Source: Guillardia theta CCMP2712 (taxonomy: Eukaryota; Protista; Cryptophyta). Taken from it: 45,475 nt of DNA. The notes under the pieces are model-generated. The model saw nothing but the letters and a program-made list of their open reading frames with translations. It did not search any database and had not been told where the DNA came from. The translations under genes and the position numbers were made by a program. This document shows, one piece after another, positions 31,701 through 43,000 of the stretch. Where the stretch lies: positions 229,507-274,981 of the forward strand of contig NW_005434650.1 of the NCBI RefSeq assembly GCF_000315625.1, written 5' to 3'. How positions within the stretch are numbered: the stretch's first letter is position 1; the number at the start of each line of letters is the position of its first letter.

Positions 31701-34700
31701 AAGGTGCCTCCTCGAAGTTTTTTGTTCTCATTGTCACGCTCTTCCTCCAGCTGGAATGGAGAAGGCCGTCCAAAGAGGGATTGCAATGGGCCGCAGACCT
31801 TGCCTCGAACTTTTTGCGTGAACCGACGAGCAAGATTTCCAATTTCGTACGAGAACGAGAGCGACCAGTGTCACAGTTCTCATCGGATGCAGAAATGAAC
31901 TCACCGGCCTCAAACAATGCAAACTCGGCCTCTGAAGGAAGCGATTCAAGTCAGAAAGACTCAAGGCCCCTCTTCACTCGTGTTGCTCCAGAGCCGTTGA
32001 ACATTCCAAACGGATCGAAAGAGCACAGATCATCTGACTCAATCAATTCCGTGGAGGCGCTGTACTGTGTGAATCAAATACGATTTGTCTTACAAGGGTT
32101 GGTCACAGTCCTTCCCAAATGGGAAGGAGACAGTGAAGATTGTCCCAGCATGGACGGAATAGATTCAAATGACGTCAACCATGTTGACTTCAAGGTCAAG
32201 CAGATGGCAGAAATCATCGATGACAGCATACCCGACTCCGTCACGCTGCCCCCACCTTGCGAGGCTGAGAATCATTTGAACAGATTCGAAATCGCAAGAT
32301 TGCTGCACGAAATTACCAGTGTTGCCTTGAAGGCAAAGTCTGAAGATGTCAAATTGCTCAAGGTGTCAATCAATGTCTAATGTTCTCATCTTGCTTTGAC
32401 AATCTTGTTCGAAGGGTTTAGCGAAAGCTATAGATGTTGCTTTGAATGGTGTGGACATTTTACAGGTAAAATCTAGAGGGCTCACGATCAGGATTGATTT
32501 TTGTTTCAAACAGAAACTCATCAACCGCCTTAGACTTCGGTACACCATCCTCAAAAGCCAGCATCGAGAACAGACGATACAGTCCACCATTGACAAAAAG
32601 TTCCCGAGATACACTATGGTTGCAAAAGTCCAGCATCATCACATGTACGTGATAATGCAGAGACAAAGAAAGTGCAAGGCCTCGAATCTGGTGCTTGAAC
32701 TCACGAAGCAGGTATCCTGAATGAACCTGATTTCCCTGTAAGTTGATGTGATTCTTTGCAGATTTGTGTCTTGGCCACATTTCCTTACAAAGTGGTGCGG
32801 TCCAAGGGCCAGCCAGCATTGCTATCATGCGTACGTAGACACGAAGGGGCCTGTGCTCTGATCATCCCTTATCTCATCTCTGTGTTGGAGGATCGGTGAT
32901 AACTGTTGAGGCAAGAACATTCGAGACTGACGCTTCTCGGTAGGCTGGAGGTGGGAACTGCCCAAGAGCAGAGGGTGTTGGGAGCAGCGCACGTGCTGCA
33001 GACTAAGTGCTTCCAGGTGAGTCACTCAGTTTTCTGAGAGGAGAGGTGAGGAGACGTGAAACTTGCTGGCAGAATCGTTTGCTACGTGATTGGGGGGTAC
33101 TACGACGATTCATACTGGCGCTGTGCCGTGCGAACCACCTTGACAAGCTTGTCGTACATGCGGCCCTGGTCGACGTCTTCAACTCAGTTCACTCTGCCCT
33201 CTACCAAGTAATTGACCTTCATCTTTCTATGTTCATACTCTCATATATCATCGTCAGATGTCGCTGGATCTGCCGATCTACTCCAAGTGGATAGAAGCCT
33301 CTCCAGCTGCAGAAACAAACGATTCAAGTTCGTCTCTGGCTCTCTATCAGGGTTGGTCGTTCGAAGGTCACGGTGAAATGCTCGAGGCTCTGGTGCGGGA
33401 CGACTTCTCCTCGCAGTCGATGCTCATTCTCTTGACAGGTAGCCCTGCTGGACGGGAAGACGAAAACCCACTGGCGCTACCGACTGATGATCGTGCATAC
33501 CATATCGACCTTGCTGCGAGATGACGTGGCTCCTCCGCTCATTCTGTGGAACGTCGTGCTGGATGAGCTCGTCTCGGACGTTTCACACGTGCGAAAAGTT
33601 TGCCTGCGAGCCTTCAACACGATGCTGCAGCAGCTGCAGACAGAGCAACAGAGCAAAGTTGAGCTGTTCGAGGAACACGATCGTTTTCCTGACAAAAATT
33701 TCTCCAATTGGAATGGAATGCCGCCCCGCAAGAGGATCAATGATCATCTGGTACGTCGCTTGACGATGACCGACCGGCCGTCTCTCATTGTGCTCCTGTC
33801 AGACGCAGGCTCGCCGGAAGGTGATAACGGAAGCTTACAAGTGAGTGCTGCTACTCTCATCTGAGGTCCGACGTGCTGACTGACTGCTGGACTTAGGCTC
33901 GAGGTTGTGGAGATGCTGAAAAATCGGTTCAAAACCTCTTCGTACGTGGAGAGCATCATCAAGTGCCTGTCGGTGATCCAAGCCGCTCGTGCCAAGTCGT
34001 TTGTCGGCTCTTTCGCGCAGATGTGGAAGGGGTTGTTCAAGGTAAGGTGTCAACGCTGGTGCTGACGCTCTGACACAAATCGAAGTTTGTTGGAATGGAC
34101 GTATTGCATGCCATGGAGCCTTTCTTGGACGGAGTCATAGGAGACCCACAGGCAGGGCCGGGATGGTGGTCGTGAATTTCCTGACGCAAGGGTCTGCAGG
34201 CCTACACCAAGTTAAGTACAGACGTCTACCTGGGTCAACAATGCCTCGCAGCTGAGATAGTCGGCGGGCTGATACGAGGGTCCAAGTACTGGACTGATGC
34301 AGCAAAGGAGGTGGCGCAGGACAAGGTGAGGGGACGACATGGAGCCGCTGACGCGTCCTGATGTTGCTCCGGCAGATCTGCAAAGTGTTGGAGGTCATCT
34401 TGAACATCCCCGAGATGGAGTCTGCGTCTACCTGGAGCTCTTGCCTGCGCTTCTCCATCTTTGACAGGTCAAACCGTCGCAGCCCCAGCAGCTGATGAGC
34501 AGTCTGACGTGGATCGTGACCTGATAGGCACCCGCGGCGAGTGAGCTGGTTGATCTCTTTCTTGTTCGACTCGGCGCTGCCCTCGTGCTCGAATGAGAGC
34601 AGCAGAAACTCCGTCCTTTTCTGCAGGTCCGCTCTTCACTCCTCGTGCCCCTGTGCGTGACGCAGCCATGCAGGAGGATAGCTATCCTCCGGCCGATCCT

Positions 34701-36242
34701 CAACGAGCTGTCCTGGCGAGGTGTACCGCTACACCGGCAGCTCATCCATGACTTGGAGCCATACCTGGAGAGCCCCTACTCGCAGACTCGCGATGCCGCG
34801 AGCTCTTGTGTCGGGCTGATCACAAGAGTGACTTGGAATCCTCCTTGGAAGAGCGCGAACGACAGAGGCGATGAGGGGAAGGGAGACGAAGGAAGCAGCC
34901 GCGGCCATGAAGGAGAGAGCTCTAGTCAACCCACAGCGACGAGGTGAGAGTTGGATCGCGCATGCGTCTCTCTGACGTGATGGTGCAACTTGACAGGCCC
35001 CCGGTCCCTATGGAGTTCACGTGCGCGTCCTCATCCCTTCCATCAGCATCGAGCTGACATCACGCAGGACCAAGGAGCCTCTGTGGCCGTCAGAGTGCAT
35101 GCACGGGTTAGCCAAGGGAGGTCCTTCGCGGGATCTCACTGATAGTCTTGTAGGCTCATCTCCAGACTGTGCACCAAGATCTGCAAGAAAGGGATGACGG
35201 TGAGAGCGCAGCAGCTGAAGAGGAGGAGCCAGGACGACGACAAGGGTGCTTGACTCTCTTCCTCACGTGTCCTTGTTGATGACTCCACAAGCAGTCGATG
35301 AGAACTTCGACGATCTCCTGACGGAGCTGAAGAACCTGAGGTCTTGCCTGAGACTCTCGCTGGGCTGCTTGTGACTATGAGTCAGGCATGCGCTCATTCG
35401 ACTAGTCCTCGCTGTGTGCCCGCACTTTGATGGGATGTACTCTTGTCCTCTCGCCCCTCACTTGCCGGCTGTCCTTCCTCCGCTGCTTCAGGTAGGACGA
35501 GAGCTCAACAGCAGACGCGCTTCTGATGCTCCTTCCTTGACAGGCCCTTGAGGATCGCGACAAGGATATCTCACGGCAAGCGAAACACTGTGCGGAGCTC
35601 GCAGCCAACACTCCCATGCTGTGCAGGAACATCTTGCCGCTGCTCCTGAGCTCGGTTTACAGCGTAGGGAAGTCCACGTCATGGCACGTGCGGGCGGCGA
35701 TGCTGCCGTTCCTTCAGATCGTGACGTTCAGGCATCAGTTTCTGATTAACGAGGAAGACTTTTGGAACATCCGCGAGCTCATGGTCTTCCTCCTGCAAGA
35801 CTCACAGGTCGAGGTCAGAGAGACGGCCTGCAGCGCCATCTCTGTCCTCGTCCGCATGTCCGGCGAGGAGACCGCGTTGGAGCTCAAGCAGAGCTTCTAC
35901 CTCTGGGCGGACTCGAAGATTCCGACCGCAAGCCAGGCGACCAAGACGGATGGCGGCAGCGCCGTCAGCGACGCTCTGCTGAAACGGCATGCGGGGGTGC
36001 TGGGGTTGGCGGCGCTAGTGGGTGCGTATCCCTACGACGTCCCTGAGTGGATGCCCGAGGTTCTGGTCAGGCTCGCCACCCACGTGTTGGATCCGATGCC
36101 CATCCGGCAGACCGTCCGCAAGATTTTCGGAGAATTTTGGCGGACTCACCAGGACAGCTGGCCAGTTCTCAAGTGCAAGTTCGACGAGCAGCAGCTCTCG
36201 ACGCTGACCAACCTCCTCGTTGCTCCCACCTACTTCTCATAA
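28716..36242 (+). CDS. PSME4: Proteasome activator PA200/Blm10 (PSME4), multi-exon
   Basis: Motifs LPWFPLY, SRRYF..EFRP, IETFLHPSNGGYWT, LPPLLDRLYQALTTLTEVHQ, GIDTNDMRKT, LEPYLESPYSQTRD, SWHVRAAMLPFLQ, LLQDSQVEVRETA, RHAGVLGLAALVGAYPYDVPEWMP, FWRTHQDSW, and C-terminus APTYFS*. First exon 28716-30347, then many short introns. Confidence 0.95.
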
Positions 36243-36439
36243 CCTCCTACCTCGTACGCTTCATAAACCTCAGCGGCAAACACAATCTCCCGCTCTGTGC
36301 GCCACTCAGTGAATGGGTTCGTGTAATCGTTGCTCGTGTAATCCGATTGCGCGGTCCCGCCGCGGCCGCTGGTGCCAACAGCACTGCCCCGCGAGCTGGA
36401 ATTACCCTTGCTGTTCCCACGCTTCTCTGTCCCTCTCAC

Positions 36440-36566
36440 TTATCTTCTCTCTGTTATCTTCTCTCTGTTATCTTCTCTCTGTTATCTTCTCTCTCTTATC
36501 TTCTCTCTCTTATCTTCTCTCTCTTATCTTCTCTCTCTTATCTTCTCTCTCTTATCTTCTCTCTCC
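36440..36566. repeat. 14-16 bp minisatellite (TTATCTTCTCTCTG / TTATCTTCTCTCTCTC)n downstream of PA200
   Basis: About eight tandem units beginning TTATCTTCTCTCT. Confidence 0.9.
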
Positions 36567-36948
36567 TCTCTCTCTTTCAGTTTTTCTTCTATCTCTCTTA
36601 CTTTCTCTTTCGGTAGTGACGTGGGACGAAGAAGGGGGCTTCCTAGCCGCCTTGCTAATCTAGATGCTAGGGTTTCACATCCTTTCATTCTGCCTATCTC
36701 TCATCTTGTGCTCTTCAATTCTGGTTGCGTGTGCATTGAACTCGGTCTTGAGCAAAAACTGTCTTGTTACAACTAAGGTCGATATGGTGTCTGCATTACT
36801 TTGACACAGTACAAGTCTAACAAACTTGTGCTCCGTCAGTAGGCGGGCCTGACCTCCGTTCAAATACCGGGCCAGCCTCAGCGGCCGATCATACCGGGTG
36901 ACTGGGCCCGGTCAAGCCTTATGGGGATGGAACTTTCGGGTACCATGT

Positions 36949-36983
36949 TGAACTTTTGACCATATAGATATCTGAAAAGTTCA
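36949..36983. promoter_or_regulatory. Inverted repeat TGAACTTTT-N17-AAAAGTTCA with internal AGATATCT palindrome, ~40 nt upstream of the giant membrane protein ORF
   Basis: Arms 36949-36957 and 36975-36983 are perfect reverse complements; function unknown. Confidence 0.5.
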
Positions 36984-37024
36984 TCCTTGTCAAAACAATG
37001 GCTGCAGGATAACTACACTAACTG

Positions 37025-40000
37025 ATGAGCGCCCCGCTGCTCCTGCGCTCCCTCCGCCTCCCTCGCCTCCTCCTTCTCCTCCTCCCTCGCCTCCTCCTTC
37101 TCCTCCTCCCTCGCCTCCTCCTTCTCCTTCCTCTGCTCCTTTTCATCCTCCTCCATCTTCCTCTCCTCAGACCTCCTCTTCTACCCTTTTCCTTCCCCCT
37201 CACTGCTGCTCTCTCCCTCTTTTCTCGCTCGTCATGTTCAGCCTCCCCCCTCCGTCTCCATCTACCCCTCGCGCTCCGTCTCTGTCTCGGCCTCTGTCTC
37301 TTGGCCGCATCTTCAACTGTCGATGCTCAGGCGCTGAATCAGACGGTCACCGGGCAGCAGGATCGCATGCTACTTGTCGCTCTTGACTCGAGTCCATCAT
37401 GGTCGTCCTGGACCATACTGAGTCTGCCACTGCATGGAGAGCTCTTCGTGCCTGTGAAAGGGACGGGAACTTACGAGGGGAACCTGACGCTGGGACCTAA
37501 GGTTCAGTCGCCAGGGACACTTCTGCCGTCCAACCTCGTTTTCTTCCTTCCCTTCCCCAGCGAATTCTCCTGCTCGTAAGTGACTTCTCCGTTCGCGATT
37601 GAAGCTTGTGACGGCTGCCCTGCAGGATCTGCGACCCGACAGGCGTTGTGTGTACCATCTGTGTCCCCTATGCGAACTTCGCGTTTCAAGTGCTGGATGG
37701 GTCAGGGTCACCTCGACGGGGGGAGGTCAACATCATAGTGAAACAGAACAGCGACCTGCCGTTTGCTGGAGGGGCTGGTGGGGGCATCTACTTCGATGGC
37801 TACGACGACTTTGCGTACGTGAGCTTGGATCCCCTTCCTACAAGCAGCCTTACAATCACCATGTGGCTCAAGAGCATGCGGAGGAGGCGACTGCAGACAG
37901 TCTTCGGCCTCTTCTCCAGCAGAGGGCGAGAGCTGGAGGTGAACGACGTGACGGACCTGCGCGTGTACCGCAGGAACGAAGTGAGCGCCTCCCGCCTCAT
38001 CGACATCAGCGACGGCCAATGGCACCACCTGGCCCTCAGCTGGACCGCCAGCTCCGGTCAACTTGACCTCTACGTCGACGGCGTGCTGCGATTGACAGAC
38101 CAGCTCGCAGCAGGGGAAGAGCTGCTAGGCACGGGGGAGCTCTTCCTGGGTCAGCGGCCGATCTGCGGCTCGCAGGACAAGCGGTCGGTCTTGTCCTCGG
38201 AGCGGCTGAGCGTCCTCTCTCAAACCGCCTCCATCCGGCAGCCAGACGGCAGGGTCACCACGAGCTGCGCGTCAGACGAGCCCGCACCAGGGTGCGACTA
38301 CTTCCTCCCCCAGCAGCTCCTGGAGACAGTGGTCGCCACTCAGGACGCCAACGACATCCTGCGGCGCAGCAGCGTCCCCTCTGCTCCCTCAGTCGATCCT
38401 GGGGCCTGGAAGTGCGCGTACACGGACCACGTCTGTGTCCACGGCAGCCCAACGGTGATGGATGCTTTCGCATGCACGTGCGCACCGGGGTGCATGGAGC
38501 CTCGCTTCGCGTTCGCTGGCTTCCTCGACGAGATCAGGATGTACTCGCACGCCAAGACGGAGAAGATGCTCTCCCTGGACATGTGGTTCGTGATCGGAGC
38601 CAAGAAGGACGGGCTCTCTCTCGGCAGGTCCCCAATCCACTGGGAGGGCCTCTTCCTCTACATGAACTTCGACTCCAACGGGAAGGCGATGGACGGAGGG
38701 CTGGCAACGGAGCCCAACGTGATCACCGACTACTCAGCAACGTTGAGCTTAGGAGGAGACTTAGTGATCAGCCGCCCTCAGCGCATGGGCTCGACAGCTC
38801 CTATCTTCGGCTCCTACCTCCCTCTCTCCATCCCTATGAACGGAGTCTCCATGAATCTACTCAAGATTCCCATCTACGGTGCTGACGTCAGCATCAGCGT
38901 GGTTCGCTGCCGCATCAAGGACCCCATCCCTGTCTTCGGCAAGCTCTACACCGCTGAGTACGACCCCCGGGTCGGCTTTGGCTCGGGCATTCCCATCGTC
39001 CTCGGCAACACTATCCTTCAGCTGTTCTCCAACGTGGAGAGCAAGCACGGGTACGAGACCTGCGGGCCCTCCGGCTGCACTCGGGACGGCTACTACCTCT
39101 TCTACACCGGAGATCGGACTGCGTCTGCTCGCATAGACGAGCTGGCGGTTGAAATCTCGAGCTCTCCGTTCCTGGACGACAAGGGAAACCCGATCCCCGT
39201 CATCTCCGCCCTCAGCAGCCTCCTCCTCTTCTCTCGCCAGCTGCCGTACCCCGTGACCTGGAGCGAGGAGGTAGTGGAGAATCAGGCGAGGGTCGCATAC
39301 CTGCCCTACATCACCGTCACGGACGAGTCGCTGGAGGCTTTCGTTGCCTCCCTTCCTGCAAAGGGAGAGCTCTTTCACCTCATCGAGATCAAGTGCGACG
39401 ATGTCGATGGTACCCCGTGATATCTCTTGCTCGGCAACCCCTGACTCTCCTCCTCCTCCTCCTCCTCCTTCCTCCTCTTCCTTGGCATCTTCATTCCTCA
39501 TCCCTCTTCACCTCTCTCCTCCTTCTCTTGCAGGCTTCACTCAGCCCGGCTCCTGCTCGGACATTCAGGCTGTCAACCTTCTCTGTGGGTCGGAGCAGGC
39601 CTACTCGGATCTTGTCATCCGCAACTCGCGCGGCGACGCTTCCTGGAGCATCGTGACCATAGAGGACGAGCTCTTCGCCGCCAACTGCACTGACTTGACC
39701 CAAGTCAACGGCAGACGAGTGGTGAGAGGAGTCAACGACTCTGCCATGATCTGCAAGACTTTCATCAACGAGACAACCCGCTGCCTTGTCTCCCCCATGA
39801 CCACCTGCAGCTGCGTCTACCCCTCCGGCTTCACCTGCTTCCTCAGCATCTACGCTAACTACCTCCTGCCCCTCTCCTCCTACTCGCTCATGCCCAAGCG
39901 CTCGTACGTGACCCTCGCAACTCTCTTCGGTTCCTCCTCCTCCTCCTCCTCGCTGTGAAGTGACGTCGCCTTGCTCAGAGAGGACAAAGCTCCTCAAGTG

Positions 40001-43000
40001 GATGCTCACCATCGGCTGCCCTGTCGGTATGACCCTCCGCCTTCTTCCTCCTCCGCTGTTTCTCATCAAAAGAGCAGGTGAAGAAGCAATGGAGATTGCT
40101 GCAGCGCTGGGCAATTTGAATCTCCTGCAGGTTTTCTCCTCTTCTCTCCTCTTCTGATCTCTTTCTCTTACCTCCCCGCAGCTTCTTCTTCAGTTCGGAT
40201 CCTCTCCAACCCAACGAGCGATTTCAGCAGCTTGGAAGCGAATGCGCGTCGATGTGGCACACTACCTCGAGGAACTTTCCAGAGCTATCTCCTCCTCCTC
40301 CTCCTTTGGTCAGAACCAGTCTCGGTGTTTTGTGAAGGGCCCCATGTTCGACCTGCAGGTCTCGTCGATCCCCAGCAAGGTTGCCGATGTTGAGCTTCGC
40401 CTCCTCTATGTACCCGAGCCCTTCGACATCTCCCCTGCTCTCACCGCCAACTTCCGCCTCACCCGCCCCGGCTCCTTCCAGCTCACCGACTCCTTCCTCT
40501 CCTCCGCTACCTTCCGGATCCTGCCGCAGAGGAACTATCCCATGAGCAGCGGGGTGACTGCAAATCTCTCCTCCTCCGAGACCCTCCAGGTCCTCCAGCT
40601 CTCGCTGATAAAGGTGGAGGAGGGCGAGACCAGGGCTCGTGTCCTCTCCTTCCCTCAGCACGGCGATCTCTACAACCTCCTCCCCGTCTATGGGGCCGAC
40701 GGCAACATCAGCGGCTCCTTCCTTGGCCCCCGCGTTGTTGCAGCCGAGCAGCAGCAGGAGCAGCTTCCTGTGAGCGTGCTCAACCTGACCAACGGAACCT
40801 TGACGGAGAGGAGGGGCGAGGGGTGGACTGGGCGCCTTTTCTACCCTCCCATCCCCAGCTGCCGCTGCCGGCACAAGGTCGTCGGTGTGCAGCTTGTCAA
40901 CGGGCAGGAGCGTCCGCAGGTCAGGACGGAGTCTCAGTGTGAGGAAGCAGAGGCGTTCTCGTCCATGTGCGGCGACCGCGGGACCGACGCTGCCATGTTC
41001 CGTTACGAGCAGAAAGTCTTCCCGGAGGAGCTATCAATCCAGTCTTGGATGCCTGACTCCACCTTCCTCCGCGTCCTCGCCCTCCATCCCCCCTGGGAAG
41101 AGGTGAAGTACTCCCTCCTCCGTTCCCAGAGTTCGCTCCTGTCCAATGAGTTCGAGGCGGCGGGAGGCGGCGGGGAGGCGAGGAGGGAGGAAGCGACGGT
41201 CACAAAGGAGAGGGAGGAGTCTTGGCTCCTTCAAGGCTGCTCGAATCAATGGGAGGAGCTGTGGAGGGGATATGCCATAGACGTGCGTGCGAGCCCTGGG
41301 GCTGCGACACTCGACCCTCCGCTGCCTCCTCCCTCCTTCCCCACGGACTCGATCCTCATCCAAGTCTGCGGCCTTCAGCATCGAGGCATCGGCATGGCGG
41401 ACGGAGGGAACGTGCTGGAGGGACTGCGGGTCGTGAGGCTCAAGGGAACAGCTGGGGATCTGCCGGAGGGGATGGTGACTCACCCGCTACAGCTGGTGGG
41501 GTACAGGAGGAGGAACGACGGGAAGGAGGACGGGCAGGACGAGTTCACCTTCTCTGCCTACGACTCCAAGAGGCTGGCCTCCTCCTCCAACGTCAGCCTC
41601 TCCCTCCCCGTGGCGCAGGCGGACGGCGGCAAGATACAGCAGGAGGTGTTGGTGCGTGGCTCAGTCCCTGCCAGGGTTCCGGTCAGAGTTCTGGACCAGA
41701 GTCTCTTCCCGCTCAGCTTGCAGCTCGTCGTCCTCACCACCAGGCCCACAAGGGGTACATTACAGGCAATGGAGGGGTACCGCTTCCTCCCGCTGCAGAG
41801 GGTCACCTGCGGCTCCTCCTCGCTCTTGGGGGAGGTTTACGAGAGCTCCACACAGACAGCTTCTCCTCCTCTTCCAGCGTTTCTCTACTCAGCGCCCAGC
41901 GAGGCGGGAGGAAAGGACTTTGACAGGTTCGAGTATATCGTCTGCCCCAGCAGCCGCTCCTCGCCTCTCCTCTTCGTCTCTCCTCCCCGCCGAACCGTCC
42001 GCATCTCCGTCCTATGTGACGCAAACAAGTTCTGGGCTGCATCCAGGTGTTCCCACCGCTCCTCGTCCTTTCCCCCTTCCTCCCACTTTCTCCTCCTGCC
42101 CCTCCCCATCTTTCTCCTGCTCCTCTTCTCCTGACTGGCTGCAGTTGTAAAATTTGCCCACCTGGCTCGTCGAAGCCAGCAGATCAGCTCATCCCTCAGC
42201 TGGGGCTGTACAGCCTCACCTGGCACCTCAATTGCTCCTCCTGCCCTGCTGGAACTTTCCGCGACTCGCTCACGAGCTCCTGCCAGCCCTGCCCTCCCGG
42301 CTCTTTCGCCTTTCTCCCCGGCTCCTCCTCCTGTTCCCCCTGCCCCCCCGGCACCTTCAACCCCCAGCAAGGGTCCACGACCTGCTCCTCCTGCCCTCCA
42401 GGCACCTACGGGGGTCAGCCAGGCCTGCTGGAGTGCAGGTGAGCTCGCGCCTGCTGCCCATCCTCCTCATGCGCTTGCAGGGACTGCGGTGCCTTCTCGT
42501 TCGGCCCTGTCAGTGGTTTGACCAGGTGGGAGAGCCGAGGGGAGCGAGGGAGAGGATGGAAAGGGAGGAGGAGGGAGGGGAGGAGGAGGGACAGGGGAGG
42601 GAGGAGGGAAGGGAGGGAGAGGCTGGAGAGTGAAAGGGGAGGGCGGATGGTCAGGTCTAAGAATTTCCCAGCTGCTTGAAATGTCCCGAGCTGACCGTCA
42701 CGAACAACATGAGGGCAACCAAGAAGTCTCAGTGCGAATGTCAGGTGACAGACAATCCTGCTGCCCTGCTTCCGCCGCTGCTGCTCCTGGTCCTCCTTCC
42801 ATGACTGACATCGACCAGGGGGATGCCTACCACAAGCAGGGCAGGGTCGGGGAGGCCTGCTGGAGTTGCCCAGCTGGGATGTACTGCTCCGGCTCGACGC
42901 TTCCTCCTGTGGTCAGGACGGGCTGGTGGAGCAGGTAGCTCAGGTAGCTGCTGGACGTATCTGAATTTGACACCGTCGGCAGCTCGGAGATCTACCCTGA

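Noticed and set aside
1774-36242. Kelch adaptor, RING ligase and PA200 as a ubiquitin-proteasome gene cluster
   Set aside because: These families are abundant in eukaryotic genomes and are interspersed here with unrelated genes; no shared regulation is demonstrable from the sequence.
36440-36566. Regularly spaced repeats as a CRISPR-like array
   Set aside because: Head-to-tail minisatellite without unique spacers; eukaryotic context with no cas genes.
36929-36938. GGAACTTTCG as a heat-shock element
   Set aside because: Only two nGAAn units in register; canonical HSEs need at least three.
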